Shown: positions 49,820 through 60,407, counted from the stretch's first letter. The stretch is DNA of 64,000 nt from Acidobacteriota bacterium (GCA_963663035.1 OY760074.1:3168001-3232000); one strand, 5' to 3'. Numbers and translations: made by a program. Notes: generated by a model not told the origin, from the sequence alone.

Positions 49820-50680
49820 ATGGAAAGCAACAGCGAAGAACTCAAGAAGTCATCTTCCTACCTCGTTGCCTACGAGGACATTGAGTTTCTGAACAGGGAC
49901 GACCTCCGTCCCGTCAGGCTGCAACTGGAACTGCTGAAACCCGAGCTGATCATGGAAGAGCACAAGATCGTTTCTACAATCGTGGTATTCGGAAGTGCTC
50001 GGTTATTGAGCAGGGAAGCAGCCGAAAAAAATCTGTCGGATGTTGAAAAACGGGCTGCAGCGAATCCAGACGAGGGTGATTCGCAGAAAGCCTTGGCACG
50101 GGCTCGGTGTTTGCTAGACAATTCACGCTATTACGAAGAGTCCAGAGAGTTTGCCCGGATGGTTTCCACAGCCTGTCAGATCGATGGTCGCTTTTGCGAC
50201 TTTGTGGTGATCACCGGCGGCGGCCCCGGCATCATGGAGGCTGCTAACCGGGGAGCCCACGAAGTCGGCGCGAAATCCATAGGTCTGAACATCACCTTGC
50301 CTTTCGAGCAACTGCCAAACCCCTACATCACACCGGAACTGTGTTTTCAATTTCATTACTTTGCCGTACGCAAGATGCACTTTTTGCTGCGCACCAAAGC
50401 CCTCGTGGTGTTCCCGGGAGGTTTTGGCACGCTGGATGAAATGTTCGAAACACTGACCTTGATTCAGACCCAAAAGATGGAGCCCATTCCGGTGTTGTTG
50501 TTCGGAAAGAGTTTCTGGCAGCAGGCGGTCAATCTGCCATTTCTGGTCGAACAGGGCACGATCTCTGCGGAGGACCTGCAGCTAGTGAGCTATGTAGAAA
50601 CTGCAGCTGATGCCTGGCAGAAAATCATGGATTTCTATAGAATTGGACCCGCAGCAGCCACAGGAAAAGCGGATGCCTGA
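49820..50680 (+). CDS. LOG family protein
   Basis: VFGSAR, TGGGPGIMEAANRGA, RKMH, FPGGFGTLDE. Confidence 0.9.
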   Translation: MESNSEELKKSSSYLVAYEDIEFLNRDDLRPVRLQLELLKPELIMEEHKIVSTIVVFGSARLLSREAAEKNLSDVEKRAAANPDEGDSQKALARARCLLDNSRYYEESREFARMVSTACQIDGRFCDFVVITGGGPGIMEAANRGAHEVGAKSIGLNITLPFEQLPNPYITPELCFQFHYFAVRKMHFLLRTKALVVFPGGFGTLDEMFETLTLIQTQKMEPIPVLLFGKSFWQQAVNLPFLVEQGTISAEDLQLVSYVETAADAWQKIMDFYRIGPAAATGKADA

Positions 50681-50688
50681 AGAAGTGG

Positions 50689-50949
50689 TCAGGCGACTTC
50701 AACGATCGCCTTTTCCTTACTCTCGAACTCCCTGATCTCTTTTTCGGACAGCTTCAGCTGAGATTTCGTCTTGTAGTAGTGAGGGTGCTGTGCCCTGACT
50801 GCATTGTAGACCTCGTCCCAACACTCAGGACACTCTTCAAGATGGGAAAAGAAGTCCAATTTTTCGTCTATATCCAATTTGTCGGACAAATAGCGAGTCA
50901 GTAGTTCCCGGGAGCAATCTCTTATGCTTTTTTGCGGTGCTCTCAACAT
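50689..50949 (-). CDS. Small zf-HC2-type (anti-sigma-like) zinc-finger protein
   Basis: C...LL..YL..L....HLEECPEC (HxxxCxxC). Confidence 0.6.
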   Translation of the reverse strand: MLRAPQKSIRDCSRELLTRYLSDKLDIDEKLDFFSHLEECPECWDEVYNAVRAQHPHYYKTKSQLKLSEKEIREFESKEKAIVEVA

Positions 50950-51051
50950 ATCACTGAGTAAAGAAGACTCTTTTGGCAAAAAGTTTCAAATATTCTCTCT
51001 TTATTTTCCCCGATTGCATTGCTTTCCAGCCTTTTGCTATCTTATTCGTCT

Positions 51052-51615
51052 GTGATTTCTGCCACCCAAATCCGCAAAGGAATGATTCTCATCCACAACG
51101 GGGAGCCTCACCGGGTTCTGGAGTTTCAACATCGGGCTCTCGGCAAAGGTCCCGCCTTTGTGCGCGTCCTGTTAAGAAACTTACGAACGGACGCTTCCTA
51201 CCAGCACCGGTTTAGTTCCGGAGAGACCGTGGAGCGGGCGACTCTCGAGCAGCATGAAATGGAATTTCTCTATCAGGATGGATCCCACTATTATTTCATG
51301 AATACTGAAAATTTTGAGCAGTTTCCCATCGGGGAAGATCAGTTAGGAGACTTCAAGAATTATCTCCAAGAGGGAACCAAGGCTCAGGTCGAGTTCTTTG
51401 AAGGGCAACCGATTGCTGTGGAGATGCCCACCTACGTGGAACTGAAGGTAACTGAGACAGAGCCAGAGCTCAAGGGGGCCACCGCCAGCCATTCTCCGAA
51501 GCCCGCTACCCTGGAGACGGGCGTAGTCATTCAAGTTCCTCCCTTTATCCGCCCGGGCGACAAGGTCCGTGTGGACCCCAGTCAGGGTCGCTACATGGAA
51601 CGGGTGAAGAGCTAA
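51052..51615 (+). CDS. efp: Elongation factor P
   Basis: ATQIRKGM, GKG loop, FMNTENFEQ, KPATLETG..QVPPFI; GTG start at 51052. Confidence 0.93.
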   Translation: MISATQIRKGMILIHNGEPHRVLEFQHRALGKGPAFVRVLLRNLRTDASYQHRFSSGETVERATLEQHEMEFLYQDGSHYYFMNTENFEQFPIGEDQLGDFKNYLQEGTKAQVEFFEGQPIAVEMPTYVELKVTETEPELKGATASHSPKPATLETGVVIQVPPFIRPGDKVRVDPSQGRYMERVKS

Positions 51616-51664
51616 CAACTGACAACTGACACCTGACAACTGACAGGCTGAGGAAGACACGAAG

Positions 51665-53347
51665 ATGCAGCGTGAACAACTCGAGGTTGACGTTCTTTTC
51701 ATCGGTGCAGGCCCAGCCAGTCTGAGCAGCGCTCTGCACTTGTCTCGGTTGGTGGCTGAGCACAATGCGGCCGTTGACTCAGGAGCAAAGTCGGGCAAAA
51801 AACTGAGCGATCTGACCCTGTTGGTGGTCGAGAAGGGTCGGGAGATTGGCTCTCACGCTTTAAGTGGAGCTGTTGTTGATCCGCGTGCCTTTGATGAGCT
51901 TCTGGAAGGATTTGAGGGCCAGGAGCCACCCTATGACTCACCTGTGGAGGAGGATGCGTTGTATCTCCTCACTCAGAACATGAACTTTCGCTCGCCGATG
52001 ACCCCACCGCCCCTGAAGAACCACGGTTATTATGTGGCTTCTCTGGGAAAACTTGTGAAGTGGATGGCTGGGTTATGCGAGAGAGCTGGTATCGATGTCT
52101 ACCCGGAATTTCCTGCAGTAGAACTACTCTATGAAGGTGATTCGGTGATCGGAGCCCGCATGGGAGACAAGGGCATAGACAAGCAAGGGAATCCAAAATC
52201 CAATTTTGAGCCTGGGATCGATGTCCTGGCGAAGCTCACTGTGCTGGGTGAAGGTCCTCGAGGAACACTGGCTCGACAGGCTGAACACCGTTTCGGCTTA
52301 AGCGAGGGACGACATCCCCAGATCTATTCCATTGGAGTTAAGGAGATCTGGCGGGCGGCCGGAGAGATCCAACCCGGAGTTGTCTACCATACCTTTGGCT
52401 TTCCTCTCTCCACTCAGGCGTTCGGTGGTGGCTTTGTTTACACCATGAACGACAATCTGATCGACCTGGGGTTTGTGGTCGGCCTGGACTACAAGAATCC
52501 CTGCCTGGATGCCCATCACCTCTTTCAACAGTTCAAGACCCATCCTTTCATCCGAGAGATGCTGGAAGGTGGCAAGGTGCTTTCCTATGGCGCCAAAGCC
52601 ATCCCTGAAGGAGGCTATTACTCGATGCCGCGTCTTTTTGCCGATGGTCTGCTCATCGTGGGTGACTCGGGCGGATTCTTGAATGCTCAGCGCTTGAAAG
52701 GGATTCATCTGGCCGTCAAATCCGGAATGCTGGCGGCAGAGACCATTCTCGAATCCTTACTTCAAGGGAACTACTCTCGAGCCGTACTGGAGAGCTACTC
52801 GGACCGCTTTCAAAGAAGCTGGGCAAAAGAGGAACTTTGGAGAGTTCGCAATTTTCGACAGGCTTTTCAAAGAGGTTTCTTCTCAGGACTGGTCCATACG
52901 GGTGTGCAATTTCTGACCAACGGCAGGGGGCTCAAGGATCCCCTTTCTACTCTGCCTGGGCACGTTAGAATGCAGCAGCTCAAGGAATTTTTCGGAGAAA
53001 CCGAGGTGGAATGCGAGAAGATGGCGTTTGATGGGCAGCTCACTTTTGACAAGCTGACGGATGTTCACTATTCAAGCACTGCTCATGAGGAGGATCAACC
53101 GTGCCACCTGAAAATCTTAGATTTTGACATCTGTCACAATCGGTGCAGGGTCGAGTACGGGAATCCCTGTCAGCATTTCTGCCCCGCTCACGTGTACGAA
53201 ATGGTGGAGCAGGACAACCAATCCCGCCTGCAGGTCAACTTCAGCAACTGCGTCCACTGCAAGACTTGCGACATCATGGACCCCTATCAGATCATTGCCT
53301 GGACTCCACCCGAGGGTGGAGGAGGCCCGGACTACAAAAATATGTGA
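51665..53347 (+). CDS. ETF-quinone oxidoreductase (FixC/FixX-type fusion)
   Basis: GAGPA FAD motif, KGIHLAVKSG, C-terminal CPA..YE and NCVHCKTC 4Fe-4S motif. Confidence 0.92.
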   Translation: MQREQLEVDVLFIGAGPASLSSALHLSRLVAEHNAAVDSGAKSGKKLSDLTLLVVEKGREIGSHALSGAVVDPRAFDELLEGFEGQEPPYDSPVEEDALYLLTQNMNFRSPMTPPPLKNHGYYVASLGKLVKWMAGLCERAGIDVYPEFPAVELLYEGDSVIGARMGDKGIDKQGNPKSNFEPGIDVLAKLTVLGEGPRGTLARQAEHRFGLSEGRHPQIYSIGVKEIWRAAGEIQPGVVYHTFGFPLSTQAFGGGFVYTMNDNLIDLGFVVGLDYKNPCLDAHHLFQQFKTHPFIREMLEGGKVLSYGAKAIPEGGYYSMPRLFADGLLIVGDSGGFLNAQRLKGIHLAVKSGMLAAETILESLLQGNYSRAVLESYSDRFQRSWAKEELWRVRNFRQAFQRGFFSGLVHTGVQFLTNGRGLKDPLSTLPGHVRMQQLKEFFGETEVECEKMAFDGQLTFDKLTDVHYSSTAHEEDQPCHLKILDFDICHNRCRVEYGNPCQHFCPAHVYEMVEQDNQSRLQVNFSNCVHCKTCDIMDPYQIIAWTPPEGGGGPDYKNM

Positions 53348-53363
53348 CTGTCAGCGGTTCAGC

Positions 53364-53440
53364 GGCCCGCAGGCTAAAGCCTGCGGCTCTGACGGAGCTG
53401 ACGAGACTCAGACAGAGCCGTGGGCTTCAGCCCACGGGCC
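53364..53440. repeat. Inverted pair of REP-like palindromes (REPIN-like) between convergent genes
   Basis: cgcaggctaaagcctgcg and ccgtgggcttcagcccacgg hairpins inside mutually inverted 28-bp units. Confidence 0.7.
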
Positions 53441-55120
53441 AGTTGTCAGCGGTCAGCGGTTCCCTTTTATCTTTAAATACCCGCAAGATGGCTTCCACAG
53501 CCAACCACAGTGAGAGCAGGAAGATCCCTCCGCCTAAGACCAGTAACAGATGGGTTCCGTCATTCCAGAAGTCTCGCATTTTGATCACCATGGCCGGCAG
53601 GGTCGTGATCAGCATGAACACCATGGGTACACCTGTGTACCAGTAGGGTCGGCCTCGCTGCATGAGATAGAGGGTGACGGCCAGAAGAGTAAGGCCGCCC
53701 AGGATCTGGTTGGTTGTGCCGAAAAGCTGCCACAAAGCCAGGCCGGCAGCCTGTCCATTCACTTCGTAGAAGGCGAAAAATCCGATCACGAGCACGGCCA
53801 ACAGAGAGGAAATCGGTCGATAGCCGAGGAATGGGAGCCGGAGGGTTTCGCTCATTTCCGAGATGTTAAAGCGTAAAAGTCGCGTTGCTGAATCGAGGGT
53901 GGTCAAGGCAAACGAGATGGCGATCAGTGCTACAAATGCCCTTCCCAGATCGAGGGAAAGGCCCAACTGACTGATGAAAAGTGCAGAGCCTTCCACAAAG
54001 GCTTCCATGTTCGGTCCCAAACCTGAAGCCAGTTCCCAGGAATGATAGTGCTCCATCCACAGGTCTCGGGTGAGAAAGCCGGCCGTACAGGCCAGAACTG
54101 AGGCCAGGCCAAGCAACGATTCTCCAATCATACCGCCGTAGCCGATGAAGGTGGCATGACTTTCGTTGTCAATCTGTTTTGCCGTGGTTCCCGAGGAGAC
54201 CAGGCCGTGGAACCCGGAAATGGCTCCGCAGGCAATGACGATGAAGACAAAGGGGAAAAGAGGCGGTGCACCTTCAGGATGGGTTTGTATCGCGGGAGCT
54301 GCGAATTCGGGCCGCAACACAAAAAAACCGGCAAAAATAGAGATCAGTCCCAGGTACAGCAGTAGAGAGTTAATGTAATCGCGAGGCTGCAAAAGGAGCC
54401 AAACAGGCAGCACCGAGGCTACGAAGCTGTAGGCGAGCAGCAGAATGCTCCACCAGGCAAGGCTGAGATCCATGGTGGGCAGGCGAAGTCCTGCCCAGAC
54501 ACTGAACAGGGTAATGGTAAAGGCCACAAGTGTGACCCGCCAGATCGAAATATTCTTCTTGTAAACCAGCCAGCCGACTACTATGGCAACCACCATCAGC
54601 GTTCCACTTGGATAGACGGCTTCCGGGTGATAGTCGCTGCTCAAAAGGGTGGCGCAAACGTGTACGAAGACACCCATGGCCAGAGCAATCAAGAAGAAGA
54701 TGATGAGGTGAAAGAGAGTCTTGGCTCTTGTACCCACGATGGATTCAGCAACCTTGCCGACCGACACTCCGCGGGCCCGCATAGAAATGACGAGAGCTCC
54801 AAAGTCATGGACAGCTCCGATGAAAAGTGTTCCGAAAACGAACATGGCTGGAACCCAGCCCCAGATGACTGCAATGGCCGGTCCCAGCATGGGGGAGAGC
54901 CCAGCAATGGAGGCAAAGTGATGTCCGAACCCAGCCCCAGAAGCAAAGTGAGGACGTATTTATTGGTGGGGAGGTAATCTATGCCATCCTGAAGCTCATG
55001 AGCAGGGGTAGCCGCTTGAGAATCCAATTGAAAAACACGCCGCGCTAAGAATTTGGCATAAATGCGGTAACCGGCCAGATAGAGGGCGAAGCAGATAAGA
55101 GTGGCCAGAACGGGAGTCAT
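53427..55120 (-). CDS. cstA: Carbon starvation protein A family transporter, frameshifted near 54930-54949
   Basis: TPAH.LQDG.DY.PT, FGHHFASIAG, GAVHDF, PVWLLLQPRDY, IACGAISGFH. Confidence 0.85.
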
Positions 55121-55133
55121 AGAACCAAGAGTG

Positions 55134-55775
55134 CTACTGACGTGCAAAAAGGTATTCTTTGAAGCCGTTTCTCAGCAGGAAGGAATTACGCACGTGGAAA
55201 CTGGGCATCAATTCATTCAGATCGGTTTGTTGGTAGCTGGGGCACTGGCGCAAGACAGAGGAGTTCGACTGGTAAAGTAGGCGCTTCTGATCCAGGATTT
55301 TGAAAGTCGTCGGTTTATCGGGGATGTATTTTGAGGTGGAGATGAGAGCAAACAACAATGTTCCCTTGTGGCAGAAATGACCCAGGTGACGAATGAGAGC
55401 TCGAAACTCATCACGCTCCAGATAGTTGAAGATGTCCCAACCCAGGATGATGTCGAAACGAGTCTTTCTCCTATAGGGCAAGAGATACTCAAAAACCGCT
55501 TGGTAGGAGACTCCGTCCTCCGGGGAGAGATAATCAAAGGAGGTAAGGGTTCGGTAAAAATCTTCAATGTAAACTTTGCAGGAGAACTGCGAAAAGAAGT
55601 CAACATTTCCTCCCAGGGCCGGGCCCAGGTCAAGGATATGATATTTTCGCTGGGAACGCAGCTGATCGTAGAGGACGTTGAGTGCAAGAGAAGCACTGGC
55701 TTCAGGCTCGGCAGGAGTCTCCTGAATGGGCTCCGCTTTCGACTTTAAGCTCAACGCAGAGAACAATTGCTTCAT
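55134..55775 (-). CDS. Methyltransferase-like protein coupled to bactofilin
   Basis: ILDLGPA, FDIILGWDIFNYL; ATGA overlap with the bactofilin gene. Confidence 0.7.
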   Translation of the reverse strand: MKQLFSALSLKSKAEPIQETPAEPEASASLALNVLYDQLRSQRKYHILDLGPALGGNVDFFSQFSCKVYIEDFYRTLTSFDYLSPEDGVSYQAVFEYLLPYRRKTRFDIILGWDIFNYLERDEFRALIRHLGHFCHKGTLLFALISTSKYIPDKPTTFKILDQKRLLYQSNSSVLRQCPSYQQTDLNELMPSFHVRNSFLLRNGFKEYLFARQ

Positions 55776-56326
55776 GCTCTGGGTGTATCGGCCTTGATAC
55801 TGACAGGGCCTTCCTTACTCTTCGGGGTGGCTTTTTCGGGTTCCTCGGTTGGAGCAGGACCAGGCTTTACCGGTGGATGTTTTGAGGTTGGACTATCGGG
55901 AGCCTTTTGCAATTTGGATTCCTTTCCTCCACCCTTGGAATCCATGTCGATGCTTCCTTTAAATTTCGCACCGTCCTCCAGGTTGACCCGTGGCGCCGTC
56001 ATATTTCCGCGAACCAGCCCGGACGCCCGGACAATGATCTTCTCCTCTCCGTAGATATCGCCTTCCACTTCGCCCTCGATGGAGATGATTTTCCCGTAGA
56101 TATTCGCTTTGACGCTACCTGTCCTGCCCACGGTAACGTTGTTCTTCTTCAAGTCTACCTTACCCTCGACTTGGCCTTGGATCATCAAATCCTCTTCTCC
56201 AGTCAGTTCACCTTTGACGATAAGGGAAGGACCGACCAAGGCCTTCTCTTTCAATTGGTCAATCGGGCTCTTTGCGAAACTGGGGGACTTGAAATCAGGA
56301 CTTTCTTCTTCCGGCTTTTTCCACAT
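55772..56326 (-). CDS. Bactofilin (polymer-forming cytoskeletal protein)
   Basis: KGELTGEEDL.I.G.VEG, GAKFKGSIDM. Confidence 0.9.
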   Translation of the reverse strand: MWKKPEEESPDFKSPSFAKSPIDQLKEKALVGPSLIVKGELTGEEDLMIQGQVEGKVDLKKNNVTVGRTGSVKANIYGKIISIEGEVEGDIYGEEKIIVRASGLVRGNMTAPRVNLEDGAKFKGSIDMDSKGGGKESKLQKAPDSPTSKHPPVKPGPAPTEEPEKATPKSKEGPVSIKADTPRA

Positions 56327-56398
56327 AGTGAAACGTTCCTTGACGTACTACTTGTTTTTATAATTAAAGACTCTCGAAGTCAAGCCGGCTGGATCGAA

Positions 56399-58174
56399 TC
56401 AGAAGGGCCAAAAGAGGGGAATCAAGACAGAGGCGAGAATCCAAAAAAGGAGATTCAAGGGAGCACCCACCTTTAGAAAATCAGTGAATTTATATCCTCC
56501 TGGGCCGAAGATAAAGAGATTCGTCTGATATCCGATCGGTGTCATAAAACTGGCAGAAGCTGCGAATAAGACAGCCATGACGAAGGGCTGGGGACTCACC
56601 TGCAAATGCTGAGCCGTGGAGATGCTGATGGGAATCATGAGAATGGCTGTCGCGTTGTTAGTCATAACAGAAGTGAGAGTCGAGGTCAGTAGATACACTC
56701 CCGACAGAACCGCCACTGGTCCCCACACATCAAGTTCCGCTACCAATGTCGTGGCAACAAGATTGGCCAAGCCCGTGTTTTCCATTGCCGATCCCAGTGG
56801 AATCAAGCAGGCCAACATCACGATTGTTTGCCAGGAGAGGTGGCTGTAAAGGTCTTGAAGTCGCAAACAACCCGTCAATAGCATCAGCCCTGTACCGATC
56901 ATCGCCGCTTCTACGATGGACAGGAGATTAAAGGACACTAGCAAGATGATTCCCAAGAAAATACCGGCGCCGTAAAAGAGCTTGTCTTTGCGTAGAAAGC
57001 TCCGGCGCACTTCTTCCAGGACCAGAAAGTCGGGAGATTGTCTTAAGACTTTCAGTTGTTCTCGGCTGGTCAGGATCAGGAGGGAGTCTCCGTGCTCTAA
57101 CCTGATCGTTCCAATCTTTTGCCGGATAGTGCGGCCGTGGCTGCGTATCGCCAGCGTGTTGGCTTTGAAGGTCTGGCGGAAATTGACTTCTTTCACCGTA
57201 CTGTCCACTAAGCGAGAGGTTGGAGAGATAAAGGCCTCGACCAGTACAATGTTTTCGTCCTCCAGATCCTGATCCTGAACGGTCAAGGCCTTGATGGTGA
57301 CCCCGTGTGAGTCCTGGATTTGCAGGAGCGCCTGGGGAGGACCTTGGACGAGCAGGATGTCACTGTCCTGCAGTTTGGTTTCCACGGCTGAAGGGAGTAA
57401 TCTCTTTTTGTCTCTTAAAATCTCGATCACCTCCAACCCATACTTTTCCCGAAAGTTGGTCTCGGCGATCGATTGCCCGATCAAGGGGGAGTCATCCCGG
57501 AGGATGAGTTCAGTGACGAAGTGACGTAAACGGTATTCCTCGGTGAGGCTATCCGAAGTTCGTCGTGATGGAACAAGATGCCTGCCCAAGACAAGAAGAT
57601 AGAAGGTTCCTGCTGCGAAAAAGATCAGTCCCACCAGCGTGAACTCAAACATTCCAATGGACCAGTTCAAGTGTTCCACGGCCAGGGAGTAAACAAGGAG
57701 ATTGGTGGAAGACCCAATCAAGGTGCAGGTCCCGGCAAACATGGCGGCAAACGACATAGGCATCAGAAGTTTGCTGGGATCCATATCGTGTTCACGTGCA
57801 ACTGTCATAGTCAGGGGAAGAAAGAGAGCCACTGCAGCGGTATTGTTGATGAACGCCGATAGCAGACCAACTGCTACGATAATGGAAACAAGAAGCCTAA
57901 ACTCACTCTCCTTTGCCAGATCCACGAATTTGTTGGCCAGGTAGTTCAATGCTCCCGTGGTTTGAATCCCATAGCTCAGTGCCAGCATACAGGCAACTGT
58001 CACCGTTGCAGGATTGCCAAAACCCGCAAGGGCCTGCTCTGGGGAAATGAGACGAAACACCACCAGAGTACTGAGAACAAGTACGCTCACTTTGTCCACA
58101 GGAAACACCTCCAGTGCAAACAAGAGCACGGCGCCAACCAGAATTGCACTGAGCAGGAGCATGTCTACTGTCAT
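56399..58174 (-). CDS. SLC13/DASS permease with TrkA-C domains
   Basis: SAFINNT, TLIGSSTNL, two TrkA-C-like repeats, TPIGYQTN...PGGYKFTDF. Confidence 0.9.
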   Translation of the reverse strand: MTVDMLLLSAILVGAVLLFALEVFPVDKVSVLVLSTLVVFRLISPEQALAGFGNPATVTVACMLALSYGIQTTGALNYLANKFVDLAKESEFRLLVSIIVAVGLLSAFINNTAAVALFLPLTMTVAREHDMDPSKLLMPMSFAAMFAGTCTLIGSSTNLLVYSLAVEHLNWSIGMFEFTLVGLIFFAAGTFYLLVLGRHLVPSRRTSDSLTEEYRLRHFVTELILRDDSPLIGQSIAETNFREKYGLEVIEILRDKKRLLPSAVETKLQDSDILLVQGPPQALLQIQDSHGVTIKALTVQDQDLEDENIVLVEAFISPTSRLVDSTVKEVNFRQTFKANTLAIRSHGRTIRQKIGTIRLEHGDSLLILTSREQLKVLRQSPDFLVLEEVRRSFLRKDKLFYGAGIFLGIILLVSFNLLSIVEAAMIGTGLMLLTGCLRLQDLYSHLSWQTIVMLACLIPLGSAMENTGLANLVATTLVAELDVWGPVAVLSGVYLLTSTLTSVMTNNATAILMIPISISTAQHLQVSPQPFVMAVLFAASASFMTPIGYQTNLFIFGPGGYKFTDFLKVGAPLNLLFWILASVLIPLFWPF

Positions 58175-59028
58175 GTCAGCTTTGCCTCTTTTCCCATCCG
58201 CTCCTCTACCAGGAAAGAAAGGACGACATCATTCCAACCCCTGGGTCCGGGAGCATGAGCTCGTTGAGCAGCAGGAAGCTCATCGGACAAGGGAGCCATG
58301 CTGTGCGGGTTGGGGATGATGACGGGAATGTGAACCTCTCGCAGCATGCTCAAGTCATTGTGGCTGTCCCCTAAACCAATGGATTGAACCGGACCCCCAT
58401 GATTGAGTTGATATAACTCGAGAAGCTGGGCCACAGCTTCACCCTTCTCACCATCTTCGCTCAGGTGAAAGAACCTTCCTCCTTGGGTTAATCGCAGGCC
58501 GAACCGCTGAACTTCCTCTTCCAGCTGCTTTCGACTGTAATGCTGACTCAAAATTCGAAAGGGCAGGTCAAACTCTCGCTGGAGTGAACGTGCAGCTTGA
58601 GGCAGAGAAAGTCCAGATCTCTCAGCGAGCTCTGAGGCCGTCATTTGCAGAAAGCTCTCCACCACCAATCCATTCTCATCGCTGATGCGGGCAAGAGCCT
58701 CTTGGAGCTCAGCACAGGGCCTTCCCAGGGAGATGACTAAGAAGTGATCAACCTGGCTGGTCTCGAAGGGAATGGTGGAGAAGTAGCTGTTCGGTATATA
58801 GATCCCTCCGCCATTTTCCACGATGAAAGGATCTTCGTTCTCTATTTCTGCTCGAAATGGAAGCACTTCAGCAGCTGTCCTGCTGGTGCAAACCACCAGG
58901 GGAATGTTCTTCTCCTTCAACTGGGCCAGGGCTGGCCGGGCAGGTGAATAGTCGTAGGTCTGGTGGTCTAGCAGGGTCCCATCCAGGTCAGTGAAAACGA
59001 TCTTCAACATCGGAGACGTCGACTTCAT
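58171..59028 (-). CDS. HAD IIB mannosyl-3-phosphoglycerate phosphatase-like
   Basis: FTDLDGTLLD, FIVENG, GGRF.H, LGDSHND. Confidence 0.85.
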   Translation of the reverse strand: MKSTSPMLKIVFTDLDGTLLDHQTYDYSPARPALAQLKEKNIPLVVCTSRTAAEVLPFRAEIENEDPFIVENGGGIYIPNSYFSTIPFETSQVDHFLVISLGRPCAELQEALARISDENGLVVESFLQMTASELAERSGLSLPQAARSLQREFDLPFRILSQHYSRKQLEEEVQRFGLRLTQGGRFFHLSEDGEKGEAVAQLLELYQLNHGGPVQSIGLGDSHNDLSMLREVHIPVIIPNPHSMAPLSDELPAAQRAHAPGPRGWNDVVLSFLVEERMGKEAKLT

Positions 59029-59711
59029 TGATGAAGAGTGCGAACTTCTTTATAGGGCAGGGGATCGCGAAGTCCCGCTTCCTGGAAAGCGCGAAGGCGC
59101 AAGAGACAGCTGTCACACTCACCACAAGCAGTTTCGTTTCCCTGATAGCAGGACCAGGTGAGGTGAAACGGGACTTTCAATTCGATTCCTTTCTCAATGA
59201 TTGCTTTCTTGCGTAAATGGATGAGGGGAGTGATAATTTCAATCGAGGTGTGAGGCCTTGTTCCTTCTTCAATGACTGCGTTGAAGGCTTTGAAAAAAGA
59301 TTCACGACAGTCGGGATACCCTGAACTATCCTCCTGGACTGCTCCAATATAGATAAACTGCGCCTCCAGAACTTCTGCCCAACTTGTGGCAATGGAGAGC
59401 AGATTTGCGTTGCGAAAGGGAACATAGGAGACAGGTATCCCTTCTCGATCCAGTTCGCCCTGGGGCAGGGCGATGGTGCTATCGGTCAAGGCGGAACCTC
59501 CGATGTTGCTCAGATGCTTTATGTCTGCCACCAACCGCTCCGAGATCTGGTAGTGATCAGCTATCTGGTTGAAGGCTTCCACTTCTCGAGATGCTGTAAG
59601 CTGGCCATAGGTGATGTGCAGAAAGGCGACATGCAATCCCCGGGAGTGAGCGACAGCAGCAGTTACACAACTATCCAAGCCGCCACTGACCATACAGACT
59701 GCTTTGGACAT
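59025..59711 (-). CDS. queC: 7-cyano-7-deazaguanine synthase
   Basis: SGGLDS, YVPFRNA, GYPDCR, TWSCY, CGECDSC; start MSKAVC at 59711. Confidence 0.95.
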   Translation of the reverse strand: MSKAVCMVSGGLDSCVTAAVAHSRGLHVAFLHITYGQLTASREVEAFNQIADHYQISERLVADIKHLSNIGGSALTDSTIALPQGELDREGIPVSYVPFRNANLLSIATSWAEVLEAQFIYIGAVQEDSSGYPDCRESFFKAFNAVIEEGTRPHTSIEIITPLIHLRKKAIIEKGIELKVPFHLTWSCYQGNETACGECDSCLLRLRAFQEAGLRDPLPYKEVRTLHQ

Positions 59712-59753
59712 TGCCCCCGATGATAGCATGGGGCAGTAAACCACGGATATCTT

Positions 59754-59916
59754 AGTGCTCCCTTTCATAAATACGGTAGCGTTTGTTGGGGCGGGACGGA
59801 GCCCAGATCGAGGCGCGACGACGAGTCGATGTCTCTGCATCGCCTCCTCCTCCCTTCGCGACCTCGCCTCGCAAGCCCCGTCCGCAAACGTTACCGTATT
59901 TATGGAAGTGATCACT
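59754..59916. mobile_element. MITE-like palindromic repeat family C copy 2
   Basis: Closely matches 3641-3804, with long inverted arms. Confidence 0.75.
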
Positions 59917-59948
59917 CCATTCAGGTCTTTTGGTAGAATATCCCCCTT

Positions 59949-60407
59949 ATGGAGAGCGAGGAGAGAAGGCTGCGTACCCTAACACGCGACTTCTTCCAAA
60001 CTTTTCCGGACTATCAGTTTTGCAGGACGCTGGCATGGAACATCATCAATGATGTCACCACCTATGAAAGTGCCACCGAGATTCTGGCGAAGAAGGCGCG
60101 GGCCGCTGAGCTAAACCGAGAGCAGATTGACGAGAAACTGGATCACTTCAGCGTCACTATCCATGGGAAACTGGGTCGAATTAAAGATCTCTCACTCCGA
60201 GAAATCGTCCAGCAGGAGGATTCATCGCTAAAAGAGATTGCAGACTTTTACTTCAAACATCCCTACGCTCATGGCCGAACGAAAAAGAGTCGTCTCCTTC
60301 CGCGCTATATTCGCACTCTCTTTCTGAGCGTCCTTGTGGGTCACGCTAAGCATCGTGGGTTAGATCTTGACTACGATGCCTGTTTTGGAATGATCAGGCT
60401 GCTCTAG
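59949..60407 (+). CDS. Hypothetical protein
   Basis: 152-aa ORF preceded by a TGnTAGAAT -10-like element. Confidence 0.55.
   Translation: MESEERRLRTLTRDFFQTFPDYQFCRTLAWNIINDVTTYESATEILAKKARAAELNREQIDEKLDHFSVTIHGKLGRIKDLSLREIVQQEDSSLKEIADFYFKHPYAHGRTKKSRLLPRYIRTLFLSVLVGHAKHRGLDLDYDACFGMIRLL

Noticed and set aside
1892-59711. 7-deazaguanine DNA-modification (dpd) island suggested by queD, queC and queA
   Set aside because: The genes are dispersed among housekeeping genes and there are no dpdA/dpdB/dpdC; ordinary queuosine synthesis explains them.
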